Counted from the stretch's first letter, positions 46,250 to 55,411 are shown. The stretch is DNA of 64,000 bases from a bacterium (GCA_037142735.1 JBAXAB010000002.1:11988-75987), one strand, 5' to 3'. The notes: generated by a model not told the origin, from the sequence alone. Translations and numbers: made by a program.

Positions 46250-47434
46250 TTAACGGGTTATCTTACCGGTGGTTAAGCGCGATATAATCTCTCTAAGCCC
46301 TGCTTCACTAGACACTATAACAAGAGTTTTTGGATCGATGAAGCTGTAAAGCATTCTGGATTGGCCATTCGGCTCATACAAAATTCGACTATCTTTGTTA
46401 AATATGATTCTGTCCGTGAAGACTTTTTGATCGGTTATGTCTGTACGAACAAGGCTTGTTGTTGCGGACTTCTTACTTTTTGTGCTTGTTGCAAGTGTTG
46501 GGGCTACAGGGAGTGTTGATGTGTCTCTGGCAATGAGGTCTCCAATATCATCATTCATATAAGATTCCCAACTAAGCATTCCAGCAAAGGCACTATCGTA
46601 TGATTTAACATTTAAAATAAGGAAGGTGTCTTTTAATGCGTCGCCGTATACACCAAATATATAATCATCCCCAAGCGATCGAATGAGCTGTGGAGACGCG
46701 TGTGTTCCAAGTCGGCCAAACCATTCAGACGTACTGATTTTTTGGACAGTACTGGTCCCTTGAGTCCCATTTTGGGATCCAAGTATAATTTCTTTTACAG
46801 TTGCTAAATCTACATCTTCCGACTTGGCCCGCATCAAATAATTGATAACCGAAACAGGATCCTTACCGTCTACCGGTAATATTTGACGTTTCTCTATTTT
46901 TATTGAGATTTGGTTTTGTGTTATGACAGTATTTTTTTCTTGTGTCCCATTGTTTATATCATTACTGTTTGGTACCAAATAGCCCGCCCACCACAAATAG
47001 CCCCCGATAATCACTGCAAGTAGTAATAATATCATTAATATTTTAGCGAATAATCCACTCGATTTTTGATTGACCACTTCCCCGACATCTTGACGTTCCT
47101 GTTGTTTTCTCTGTTCTGCTAGTGCAATTTGCAAAGCCGACATGTTGTCTTTCTTAAGGGCAATGGACACGTCTCCGTTATAAGTTTCTATTGGTGAAAT
47201 TGAAGTCTCATTACTTAGAAACTGTGAAGTTTCTTGTTCCATCACATCCTTAAACTTTACAGTATCTTTTTCGTTGTTGTTTATTGGATTTACTGGCCCC
47301 CTTGTTACCTCCTTAGAGCCCAAAGGACGATCGGCATTTGGAAATGCGTATTCCGTTTTTTTGTTTTTATTAGTGTCATCCATATTGTTTGTATTATCGC
47401 AGTAATATATAAAATGAACAAGTGTTGCAAGCAA
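46250..47434 (-). CDS. hypothetical single-pass membrane protein
   Basis: 394 aa; cytoplasmic N-terminus about 125 aa, one TM helix (ILMILLLLAVIIGGYLWWAGYLV), large extracytoplasmic domain. Confidence 0.4.
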   Translation of the reverse strand: MLATLVHFIYYCDNTNNMDDTNKNKKTEYAFPNADRPLGSKEVTRGPVNPINNNEKDTVKFKDVMEQETSQFLSNETSISPIETYNGDVSIALKKDNMSALQIALAEQRKQQERQDVGEVVNQKSSGLFAKILMILLLLAVIIGGYLWWAGYLVPNSNDINNGTQEKNTVITQNQISIKIEKRQILPVDGKDPVSVINYLMRAKSEDVDLATVKEIILGSQNGTQGTSTVQKISTSEWFGRLGTHASPQLIRSLGDDYIFGVYGDALKDTFLILNVKSYDSAFAGMLSWESYMNDDIGDLIARDTSTLPVAPTLATSTKSKKSATTSLVRTDITDQKVFTDRIIFNKDSRILYEPNGQSRMLYSFIDPKTLVIVSSEAGLREIISRLTTGKITR

Positions 47435-47476
47435 AAAGCCCCGTTGAAGGGCCCTCGGCTTGTAACATGCAGGTTT

Positions 47477-48235
47477 TTATTTTTTTGCCTCGCCTCCCCC
47501 TGAGAATTCTTCCAAAATTGATTTTGCCAGATCTTTCGAGGATTGTTTTTGAACATTTCTATTGCTCTGTTGTACCCTTCCGCGAGCCAATCTTGGTTTT
47601 GCTTGCTCCGGACTTGTTGGTGCTGTGTTTCCTTCCTCTGCTTGGTTTACTGCTGCCCCACTACCCTCATCTGTTTCACGGTTCCCTGTGTTTCTATTTG
47701 GGTATGGCTGGTTATGTGAATACATTGATGGATTTATGACATATTTTTTTGGATTGTCACACATATCAATAAACTCATCAGCTGTTTCCTTTAATTTGGC
47801 AGAAGAAGATTTTCCAAACGAAATAACCTCGACCTGACAACCTTTGTTGATTTTCAAGTACTCAACCAGTGGAATAAAGTCCCCGTCCCCTGATGCGATG
47901 ATTACAGTATCAAGTTTTGGGGCTAAAGATATTGCATCAACCGCCAAACCAACGTCCCAGTCAGCTTTTTTAGCTCCTCCCATAAATATTTGTAAATTTT
48001 TTGTCTTAGTTTCTATCCCCAACTTCCCTAGTGCCTCGAAAAAGTTTTTTTCCTCACCAGATTCTGTTGTAATAACGTATGCAATTGCTCTAATAAGTGA
48101 TCGTCCCGCAATCGCCTCTTTCATGATTGCACCGAAATTTACCCTTGCGTGGTAAAGGTTTTTTGCACTGTGATAAAGGTTTTGTGTATCAATAAAAATC
48201 CCAACTCGTTGCTCTTTGTGTTTAATAACTGCCAT
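47477..48235 (-). CDS. NYN-domain (LabA-like/DUF88) putative nuclease with disordered C-terminal tail
   Basis: VGIFIDTQNLY ... IASGDGDF motifs typical of NYN/LabA; Gly/Ser/Glu/Arg-rich tail. Confidence 0.65.
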   Translation of the reverse strand: MAVIKHKEQRVGIFIDTQNLYHSAKNLYHARVNFGAIMKEAIAGRSLIRAIAYVITTESGEEKNFFEALGKLGIETKTKNLQIFMGGAKKADWDVGLAVDAISLAPKLDTVIIASGDGDFIPLVEYLKINKGCQVEVISFGKSSSAKLKETADEFIDMCDNPKKYVINPSMYSHNQPYPNRNTGNRETDEGSGAAVNQAEEGNTAPTSPEQAKPRLARGRVQQSNRNVQKQSSKDLAKSILEEFSGGGEAKK

Positions 48236-48354
48236 GTAAATAATTTTTTATAAAAATAGTAATGCCATATTGACTGTAACTGGACACTTTTGTATTTAAA
48301 ACCCACAAAGCGCCAAATTCCTTACAAAAAACAGATCGAAGCTTAAAAAAAATG

Positions 48355-48400
48355 TTTTAAAAACTAAAACCTGCCGTTTAGAATTAAATTCGGCAGGTTT
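48355..48400 (-). terminator. rho-independent terminator of rpsO
   Basis: aacctgccg/cggcaggtt hairpin followed on the minus strand by a T-run. Confidence 0.55.
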
Positions 48401-48408
48401 TAGAAAGA

Positions 48409-48690
48409 TTATGCTGTTTTTTTCTTTAAATCAAGAGCCTTTACTACTTTTGAGTGTCTGGCTGTGTGATTTTTTTGCAAATATTGTAGATGGTTCTGTC
48501 TATCAGCTACAAGTTGCAGTAGTCCTCTTCGAGAGCTCTTATCTGCTTTGTGCTTTTTTAAATGCTTAGTCAATTCGCTGATTCTTGTACTAAGAATCGC
48601 AATTTGAGCTTCAGCTGAACCTGTATCTGAATCATGCAAATGCACTTCTTTTATGACTTTTGCCTTTTTTGTTTTGGTCAACATGGTCAT
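48409..48690 (-). CDS. rpsO: 30S ribosomal protein S15
   Basis: 93 aa; GSAEAQIAILSTRI..LTKHLKKHKADKSSRRGLLQLV typical of S15. Confidence 0.85.
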   Translation of the reverse strand: MTMLTKTKKAKVIKEVHLHDSDTGSAEAQIAILSTRISELTKHLKKHKADKSSRRGLLQLVADRQNHLQYLQKNHTARHSKVVKALDLKKKTA

Positions 48691-48815
48691 GCTAATTTAT
48701 CATAAATACTTTAAAAAAGCAAGGGTTAGCAAGGTATATAGGGATATACAACCAGCACCTATGTAAAATTGGAGGCTTTATCTTATTGCTGGTATAATGT
48801 AAATAGTTAAAACTT

Positions 48816-49793
48816 ATGAAAAATAAGCCTAAATCCCCTACTCTAGAATCAAGTTCAGAAAAGAAGATTAGCAAGCCTATAAGTGAGCTTGAGATGTATA
48901 AGAACCAATTTTTGGAATATGTAGAAATTGAAAAAGGCAGAAGTCTTAAAACAATAGAAAATTACGACAGGTATGTTCTTAGTTTCATTGAATATCTCAA
49001 AAGAGACATTTCTTCGCCAAATGTTTCTCATGTAACACAAGAAGTAATAAGAAGTTACAGATTATGGCTTAACAGAAGGGCATTGGGGGATATATATGGG
49101 TTGAATAACATTAGTAATGTTTCACGTGAGACATTAAAGAAGAAAACTCAGAATTACTACCTTATTGCCTTAAGGTCATTCCTTAAATACCTCAATAAAC
49201 GAGATATTAAAACAATTCCAGCGGACTCGATTGAATTGGCTAAGGTTTCAGAAAGGTCAATTGAGCTAATCTCAACAGAAGAGCTAAACAGGCTATTGGA
49301 TGCGCCAGATCAAGAAAAAGACACCCAAAAGGCATTGAGAGACAAGGCTATTTTGGAACTCCTGTTCTCGACTGGTCTGCGAGTTTCAGAGCTCTGTAAC
49401 TTACCAGTAGACCTCGATGTCTCAAAGGACGAGTTCTCAGTTCGAGGAAAAGGAGAAAAAGTCAGGGTTGTGTTTATATCAGACGGGGCTAGGGAAGCCG
49501 TAATGGCCTATAAGAAGGCGAATAAGACTATAGATAAGGCAAAGTTGTTTCATGTGACACCAAGGACAGTGGAGCGTGTTATAAGACAATACGCAATTAT
49601 TGCAGGAATCTCTAAAAAGGTGACCCCCCACGTTATAAGACATAGTTTTGCCACTGGATTGCTTCAGAATGGTGCGGACCTCAGGTCAGTTCAGATGTTG
49701 CTCGGACATGCCAGCATCTCTACGACCCAGATATACACACACTTAACAGACAAGCACCTAAGGGAGGTTCATAAAAAGTTCCATAAACGTTAA
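48816..49793 (+). CDS. tyrosine site-specific recombinase (XerC/XerD-like)
   Basis: 325 aa; catalytic R..HxxR..Y arrangement (LRVSEL ... HVIRHSFATGLL ... LLGHASISTTQIYTH); TATAAT -10 upstream. Confidence 0.75.
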   Translation: MKNKPKSPTLESSSEKKISKPISELEMYKNQFLEYVEIEKGRSLKTIENYDRYVLSFIEYLKRDISSPNVSHVTQEVIRSYRLWLNRRALGDIYGLNNISNVSRETLKKKTQNYYLIALRSFLKYLNKRDIKTIPADSIELAKVSERSIELISTEELNRLLDAPDQEKDTQKALRDKAILELLFSTGLRVSELCNLPVDLDVSKDEFSVRGKGEKVRVVFISDGAREAVMAYKKANKTIDKAKLFHVTPRTVERVIRQYAIIAGISKKVTPHVIRHSFATGLLQNGADLRSVQMLLGHASISTTQIYTHLTDKHLREVHKKFHKR

Positions 49794-49828
49794 TATCAGG
49801 TTAGAATAGGGCGGCACTTCATTCGACA

Positions 49829-50641
49829 TTGTGCCGCCTGATTTTGCTAAATCATATGAAACAAAGAAGCCTAAACATCTACTGCTGGAACGTCAATGGT
49901 ATAAGGGCCTGGCACAAAAAAGGATGTTTTGACGAAATGTTACACAAGAAACCTGACATCCTGTGTTTGCAAGAGACTAAGGCTCGTCCAGATCAATTAT
50001 CTGCCGATGTTCTGGCTCCTAAGGGTTATTACTCCTATTTTGAATATCCAAAAGTAAAAAAAGGTTACAGCGGGGTAGCTGTATATACCAAAATCAAGCC
50101 CGAAAAAGTAGAGTATGGCCTAAATATTGAAGATTTGGACATGGAAGGTAGGCAGATAACTCTATATTTTGAAGATTTTGTACTTATTAACTGCTATTTT
50201 CCAAATGGAGGAGGGGAGGATCATCGCCTAGAGTATAAAATGAAGTACTATAAGGCGTTTCTTGTGAAACTTAATAAGATAAGAGATAAATATAAGAAAA
50301 TCATATTTTGCGGAGATTTAAATGTTGCTCATACTGAAATTGATATTGAAAGACCTAAGGAAAATGAAAATCATGTTGGTTTCTTGCCTCAGGAGCGTAA
50401 ATGGGTGGATAGTCTTATAGAAAATGATTATTTGGATGTTTATCGTGAAACACACCCTGGTGAAACGAAGCATTATACTTGGTGGGATGTAAAGACCCGC
50501 TCTAGAGAAAGGAACGTAGGGTGGAGGATAGATTACTTTTTTACCACTAAGAACTTGTTGAAAAATGCTGTTAAGGCCGAAATTCATGAAAATATATTGG
50601 GATCTGACCACTGTCCTATATCATTGGAGATTCAGTTATAA
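49829..50641 (+). CDS. xth: exodeoxyribonuclease III (AP endonuclease)
   Basis: LNIYCWNVNG N-terminal motif and C-terminal DHCP motif of the EEP/ExoIII family. Confidence 0.85.
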   Translation: MCRLILLNHMKQRSLNIYCWNVNGIRAWHKKGCFDEMLHKKPDILCLQETKARPDQLSADVLAPKGYYSYFEYPKVKKGYSGVAVYTKIKPEKVEYGLNIEDLDMEGRQITLYFEDFVLINCYFPNGGGEDHRLEYKMKYYKAFLVKLNKIRDKYKKIIFCGDLNVAHTEIDIERPKENENHVGFLPQERKWVDSLIENDYLDVYRETHPGETKHYTWWDVKTRSRERNVGWRIDYFFTTKNLLKNAVKAEIHENILGSDHCPISLEIQL

Positions 50642-50693
50642 ATGCGAGGCGTATTTTAGTGGGTGTTTAAATAAAGGACAAATATATTTTATA

Positions 50694-50730
50694 TAGGACA
50701 GTTATCCCCATAAATGTCCTATACATTTTT
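50694..50730 (+). terminator. rho-independent terminator of xth
   Basis: taggaca-(14 nt)-tgtccta hairpin followed by a TTTTTT run. Confidence 0.5.
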
Positions 50731-50994
50731 TACGTAGGGTATATAATGTTTTCAGGTGGCGGCTTTGAAGAATTTAGCGCGATTGGTCTTTGATGGTTTA
50801 GGTAAGTTGGTTCGACATTAGTATCTAATTTCGAAGATTTTGTTAATAAATAGTCCTAGCAGATTTATTAACAATAAGTTTTTCGCTACCACTTGTTCTT
50901 TGAGTTTCCATTTTCGTTCCCCGGTCCAAGCCTTCCAAGTAATGGTTCAATAAAGCAAAAAGCGATTGGCAGGTTTTACAGTAGACACACAAAT

Positions 50995-51162
50995 TCATTC
51001 TTGAAAATGTTCTGACTGTTTTAAAACTCGTGCGCCAATCCTCTTTGAGCTAAAGCAATTACAAGGATTCACGGAGTCCATTCCGTGACGTGCACAAAAC
51101 GGACCTAGATTTCCCCCTAGTTCTTTACATTTTTTCTTACGCTTCCACTTGAAGCGTAACAT
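50995..51162 (-). CDS. possible 55-aa basic Cys-rich small protein (or fragment of a decayed gene)
   Basis: MLRFKWKRKKKCKELGGNLGPFCARHGMDSVNPCNCFSSKRIGARVLKQSEHFQE; no clear RBS; lies in a 616-bp gap. Confidence 0.2.
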   Translation of the reverse strand: MLRFKWKRKKKCKELGGNLGPFCARHGMDSVNPCNCFSSKRIGARVLKQSEHFQE

Positions 51163-51257
51163 GGTACTTAATACAATTCGGTGTTAAGTCTTACAAGGCC
51201 GCCTTCTTCCCGCAGGTGGCCTTTGTTGTTGAAGGGCTATTTTAGTACATAATAAAA

Positions 51258-52733
51258 TTATTGTACCCGGTGTTTATCACGAATTTCCTGAACTTCTACA
51301 CTTTCAGCGTTTTCTTTGGCCTTCAGCGCTAGCTCACTCATTTTTTTTAGTTCAGGTAATCCAAGACCGTTTAGTTCCATAGCTTTGTCTTTTAGGTAGC
51401 TTTCAGTGTTGTGTTCAGAATTTTCAATAATATCTTCTAATAAAATATTCAGAATGAAACCAATTTTAGGTCCTGGATTAAGCCCAGCTAACTTCATCAG
51501 TTCATTCCCATCAATTTTTAATTTTGAAACAGAAACTGGCTCACGTAGCACTTCATCTATCATCGACATATATTTTCTCAAACGGTAAGGGTCTTCTTTT
51601 GGTCTTCCTGTTCCAACACGGTCGCAAATTCTTAGGTTTACTAGATCCCAAATGTGATCAGTTCCAACATTTCTCACAATACGTCGTACGGCAGAGAGGG
51701 TGATTTGCTCTGTGTCAGAGAAAAACATGTGCCAACGAATCATAGTCGTCACTAGTTTGATTATTTCATTTTTAAACTTAAGTCTCTTTAAGATTACATC
51801 TGCCATTTTAGCCCCAACAACCTCGTGTCCGTGGAAAGTGTAATCTTTTCTTTCCTTCGCGTACCTTTGAGTTGGTGGTTTTCCAATGTCATGAAAAAGA
51901 GCAGATAGCCGAACATAAAATGGAAATCTTTTATCCGCACTACACTGGAGACTTCTTAATAAGTGTTCAAAAACGTCATAAGAGTGTGCTTGGTTTTGTT
52001 TAACGCCTACCGCGTTGCTTATTTCAGGGACAATATGTTTTAGCAATCCAAGTTTTTCTAGGAATACAAAACCCATCATTGGATTTTCTGACATGATAAT
52101 TTTAGATAGCTCATCACGAATCCTCTCAGAAGAAATTTGTTTAATTAAGTCAGCATTTTTTATTATTGAATTCTGTGTTTCAAAATCTATAGTAAAACCA
52201 AGTTCTGCGGAAAAACGAATCGCTCTCATTAGACGCAATGCATCTTCGGTGAATCTTTTATCAGGACTTCCAACCGCACGGATAGTTTTCGTTTTGATGT
52301 CTTGTAGTCCACTAAACTGATCAGTAATCTCACCGGTTATAACATCTGCTGCTAAGGCGTTGATGGTAAAATCTCGACGTTTAAGGTCGTCAGAAAGATT
52401 TTGACTGAACTGGACACTATCTGGGTGCCTATTGTCGCTATAAGACGATTCTATGCGGTAAGGCGTAACCTCTACAGTCTGTCCGTCCTCAAGAACAACA
52501 CCTACTGTCCCGAAGATGTTTTCATAAAAAGTCTTGGTGAAGAGGGGAATGATTTGTTCGGGCACGGCATTTGTTGTTAGGTCCCAGTCCTTTGGAACCC
52601 TTCCTAAAATTAAATCTCGCACACATCCACCCACAATATAAGCCTCGAAGCCTGCCTTCGATAAGGTCTCAGAGACATCGATAATTTGCTTCGGTATTGA
52701 ACTGATATCTATTTTTTCAGCAGCAGACTTCAT
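51258..52733 (-). CDS. cca: CCA tRNA nucleotidyltransferase / HD-domain poly(A) polymerase family
   Basis: N-terminal nucleotidyltransferase motif GGCVRDLILG..DWDL, C-terminal HD domain (HDIGK). Confidence 0.75.
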   Translation of the reverse strand: MKSAAEKIDISSIPKQIIDVSETLSKAGFEAYIVGGCVRDLILGRVPKDWDLTTNAVPEQIIPLFTKTFYENIFGTVGVVLEDGQTVEVTPYRIESSYSDNRHPDSVQFSQNLSDDLKRRDFTINALAADVITGEITDQFSGLQDIKTKTIRAVGSPDKRFTEDALRLMRAIRFSAELGFTIDFETQNSIIKNADLIKQISSERIRDELSKIIMSENPMMGFVFLEKLGLLKHIVPEISNAVGVKQNQAHSYDVFEHLLRSLQCSADKRFPFYVRLSALFHDIGKPPTQRYAKERKDYTFHGHEVVGAKMADVILKRLKFKNEIIKLVTTMIRWHMFFSDTEQITLSAVRRIVRNVGTDHIWDLVNLRICDRVGTGRPKEDPYRLRKYMSMIDEVLREPVSVSKLKIDGNELMKLAGLNPGPKIGFILNILLEDIIENSEHNTESYLKDKAMELNGLGLPELKKMSELALKAKENAESVEVQEIRDKHRVQ

Positions 52734-52794
52734 AAGTACTGCAATACTAGTATCTTTTTGATTTTATATCAATTTAATGTATCATGTTGTGTAC

Positions 52795-52867
52795 GCGCTC
52801 GTGGCTCAATGGATAGAGCACTTGGCTTCGGACCAAGGGATTGCAGGTTCGAATCCTGCCGAGCGCA
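52795..52867 (+). tRNA. tRNA-Arg (anticodon TCG)
   Basis: 73-nt cloverleaf; acceptor gcgctcg/cgagcgc; anticodon loop cttcgga; T-loop ttcgaat. Confidence 0.85.
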
Positions 52868-52940
52868 CACGACCTTTAGTTATTTTTTTTATTAAGATTC
52901 CTTTCCGGGGTCTAAGTTAAGAAAAGTATAAAAGACAAAT

Positions 52941-53011
52941 GCAGGTATGGTTTAGTGGTAGAATGCGTCCTTGCCAAGGACGAGACGAGAGTTCGATTCT
53001 CTCTACCTGCA
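52941..53011 (+). tRNA. tRNA-Gly (anticodon GCC)
   Basis: 71-nt cloverleaf; acceptor gcaggta/tacctgc; anticodon stem cgtcc/ggacg with loop ttgccaa. Confidence 0.85.
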
Positions 53012-53351
53012 CAGAATATAATTCTAGCCTCTAGTTTCAAAAAACATTGATAAGTAAGGATTTTTATGAATTGGCCATTGCCAAAATGTGCAAAACTGTG
53101 GATAACTCAGTGGATATGTGTATAAAAGACAGATATCAAAAATGACAAAAATTGTCCTCTAGAAGTGTATTTTTCTAATATATCTATATTTATCAAGCTA
53201 TTTTGCGTTTTGGTGCATAAAAGACGCGGCTATAACATGTGACTTTTTATGTATCACGTGAAACATTGGTTTTATAGGATTTTAAGACAAATTAAGCAAT
53301 AATTCATTCAAGATTAAGGTTTATTTGCCTTTCGAAGCTTAAAATAGGAGA

Positions 53352-53843
53352 ATGATTGAAAGTAAGATTTTAGGTGAGTTTGGAGAGTTTTTGGCAGGGT
53401 GCCGACTTGTATCTAAAGGTCACAAAATTTTGCGAACTAGATATAGGAAGTGGGGTGGGGAAATAGATATTATTTCAACAAAAAACAAGGTTATCTATTT
53501 TAACGAAATTAAGACCAGGATTGGTAAAGGGAAGGATGGGGTGGATCTTCGGAACATAGGTATCACTAGACACAAAGTCAGCAAGGTCATTAAATGCGCC
53601 CAACATTTTATCCAGAATGAGATAGCTGATATTTTCTATACAACTAAGCAATTCGATGCCTATTTTTTAGAGGTTGTCCTAAATCAAGAGATTAAGAGGA
53701 TTCAAGAAGATGTTTCTACAGTTTCGGACCTGAAATGCTACTTTACTGAAGGAAAGATAAGAATTTTGGCCACATATATAGAAAATATGGATAGGGAAGT
53801 TTTCGGGTGCTATGGAACAAGTTTAATAAGTGATAAAGATTGA
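53352..53843 (+). CDS. YraN/UPF0102-family (restriction-endonuclease-like fold) protein with C-terminal extension
   Basis: N-terminal ~110 aa match the YraN pattern (GE..A..YL..KG..IL.RNYR...GEIDII); extra roughly 50-aa C-terminus. Confidence 0.5.
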   Translation: MIESKILGEFGEFLAGCRLVSKGHKILRTRYRKWGGEIDIISTKNKVIYFNEIKTRIGKGKDGVDLRNIGITRHKVSKVIKCAQHFIQNEIADIFYTTKQFDAYFLEVVLNQEIKRIQEDVSTVSDLKCYFTEGKIRILATYIENMDREVFGCYGTSLISDKD

Positions 53844-53888
53844 GATATGAGGATATCTGTGTTAGGATTCAACACGTTATCGGCATAT

Positions 53889-53961
53889 CGGGGCGTAGTG
53901 TAACGGTTAACATTCCTGTTTTGGGAACAGGCGACTCAGGGTTCGAATCCCTGCGCCCCGA
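53889..53961 (+). tRNA. tRNA-Pro (anticodon TGG)
   Basis: 73-nt cloverleaf; acceptor cggggcg/cgccccg; anticodon loop tttggga. Confidence 0.85.
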
Positions 53962-53966
53962 CAATT

Positions 53967-54305
53967 TTGAAAAAGTTTATAAAAAACAAGGAGGATTTTG
54001 AGTGTGAGAAATGCCATACCAAAGTGATTGGTACTGGCTATACAAACCATTGCCCTAATTGCCTCTATAGTAAGCATGTTGATGTGTCTCCAGGAGATAG
54101 GGCTAATCCATGTGGGGGATTAATGAAGCCTGTTAGAGTAGAGGGAACAGGTATAGACAAAATGCAGATAGTTCACAGGTGTGTTAAGTGTGGCGTAGAG
54201 AAAAATAACAAAATCCAATCCTCTGACAACATAGAGATGGTTGCAAATGTCGCCAAAGAGTTTGCGAAGGAAAAAGTAGAGGGTTGGAAGTTGAAAAGAG
54301 ATTAA
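53967..54305 (+). CDS. RNHCP-domain zinc-ribbon protein
   Basis: EDFECEKCHTKVIGTGYTNHCPNCLYSKHVD matches the RNHCP signature. Start is uncertain: the ORF track uses a TTG 5 nt after tRNA-Pro. Confidence 0.5.
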   Translation: MKKFIKNKEDFECEKCHTKVIGTGYTNHCPNCLYSKHVDVSPGDRANPCGGLMKPVRVEGTGIDKMQIVHRCVKCGVEKNNKIQSSDNIEMVANVAKEFAKEKVEGWKLKRD

Positions 54306-54351
54306 ATTGTAGATTTCAAGGCTCTCTGGTATATTACCAGGGTACAAAAAT

Positions 54352-54422
54352 GCGGGATTGGTTTAGTGGTAGAATGACTGCCTTCCAAGCAGTAGACAAG
54401 GGTTCGATTCCCTTATCCCGCA
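54352..54422 (+). tRNA. tRNA-Gly (anticodon TCC)
   Basis: 71-nt cloverleaf; acceptor gcgggat/atcccgc; anticodon stem actgc/gcagt with loop cttccaa. Confidence 0.85.
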
Positions 54423-54426
54423 CTAG

Positions 54427-55209
54427 TTAAAGTTTGAGAGACTTTCGCATATCCTCAATCGGTGCTGTTTTCCCAGTAAAAATCTCAAACTGTCTTATTG
54501 CCTGGTAAAGCAACATTTCTTTTGCATCCAATGTTTCTAAACCCAACCTCTTCGCTGTCCTTGTCAGCAAAGTATCACCATAAGTCAAATCAAAAACTAC
54601 CGAAACGTTTTTTAGCCAATCTTCAGGGACAATTAGATCATCTTTAGAATTGAAAGCGGATGAGGTAGCATTTATAAGAAAGTCTACTGCAGGTAAATTA
54701 TTATTTTTCACAAATTTAACGTCAAACTCTTCAGCCAATTTCTTACCCTTCTCTTCACTTCTATTTGTCAGGAATAAATTATCTTTTAGGATGCCAAATG
54801 CATACAAACAAGCACGTGCAGCACCTCCTGCGCCATAGATTAAAAACTTTTTATTTTTCATGTCCACTTTATGCTCAATTAATACCTTTAAAAACCCGAG
54901 CCAGTCTGCATTTTCCCCAGTAACTTTTCCATCAAGGGATAAAAATATTGTATTCACCGATTTAATTTCTCGTGCTTCAGCCGTAAGCTCATCAACGTAC
55001 TTAAGAATCTCTTCTTTATATGGAGAAGTGATTGCTAATCCTGAATATTCCCCAGAACGAACTTTAGCAATTACTGTTTTTATTTCTGTTATATTTATAT
55101 CTTCTTTCATATATACATAATCAAGCCCTAATGTTTTAAAACCTGCATTGAATAATGTGGGAGCTAAACTGTGGTTTAGTGGATGTCCGACAAGGGCAAA
55201 TTTTTTCAT
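54427..55209 (-). CDS. aroE: shikimate dehydrogenase
   Basis: N-terminal LVGHPLNHSLAP and NADP-binding GAGGAARA motifs. Confidence 0.75.
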   Translation of the reverse strand: MKKFALVGHPLNHSLAPTLFNAGFKTLGLDYVYMKEDINITEIKTVIAKVRSGEYSGLAITSPYKEEILKYVDELTAEAREIKSVNTIFLSLDGKVTGENADWLGFLKVLIEHKVDMKNKKFLIYGAGGAARACLYAFGILKDNLFLTNRSEEKGKKLAEEFDVKFVKNNNLPAVDFLINATSSAFNSKDDLIVPEDWLKNVSVVFDLTYGDTLLTRTAKRLGLETLDAKEMLLYQAIRQFEIFTGKTAPIEDMRKSLKL

Positions 55210-55358
55210 TTCGGAAGTCCTTTAACCATCTCCCTATAACACTTCTTACAAATATGAAATTTAATTACCCGATTTTTTGCATTTGGAGGACTTAATAAAA
55301 TCGCACCGAATTCCTTCAATTCCTTTTTACATTTATCGCATTTAGGTTTTATAGCCAT
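55206..55358 (-). CDS. 50-aa zinc-ribbon protein (CxxC...CxxC), translationally coupled to aroE
   Basis: MAIKPKCDKCKKELKEFGAILLSPPNAKNRVIKFHICKKCYREMVKGLPK; its stop TGA overlaps the aroE ATG (ATGA); not in the ORF track. Confidence 0.45.
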   Translation of the reverse strand: MAIKPKCDKCKKELKEFGAILLSPPNAKNRVIKFHICKKCYREMVKGLPK

Positions 55359-55411
55359 AATATTATTATACCAAAGAAAGAGCCCACGAAATTAATCGTG
55401 AGCCCTTGCTG

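Noticed and set aside
48816-49793. Tyrosine recombinase as the integrase of a mobile element
   Set aside because: Flanked by rpsO and xth with no direct repeats or cargo genes; more consistent with chromosomal XerC/XerD. Any link to the odd 616-bp gap downstream remains speculative
50642-51257. Possible RNase P RNA or tmRNA in the xth-cca gap
   Set aside because: P4 consensus segments, tRNA-like T-arm/CCA-proximal pairing, and an ALAA-type tag reading frame were not found on either strand. Left as an unclassified candidate instead
53097-53105. Isolated perfect DnaA box in the tRNA-Gly/yraN spacer
   Set aside because: A single 9-mer is expected by chance in AT-rich DNA; noted only as context
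53988-53994. Perfect AAGGAGG Shine-Dalgarno inside the RNHCP ORF suggesting a downstream start
   Set aside because: No in-frame ATG/GTG/TTG follows at suitable spacing, and the conserved EDFEC..C N-terminus lies at or upstream of it; treated as coding sequence (K-E-E)
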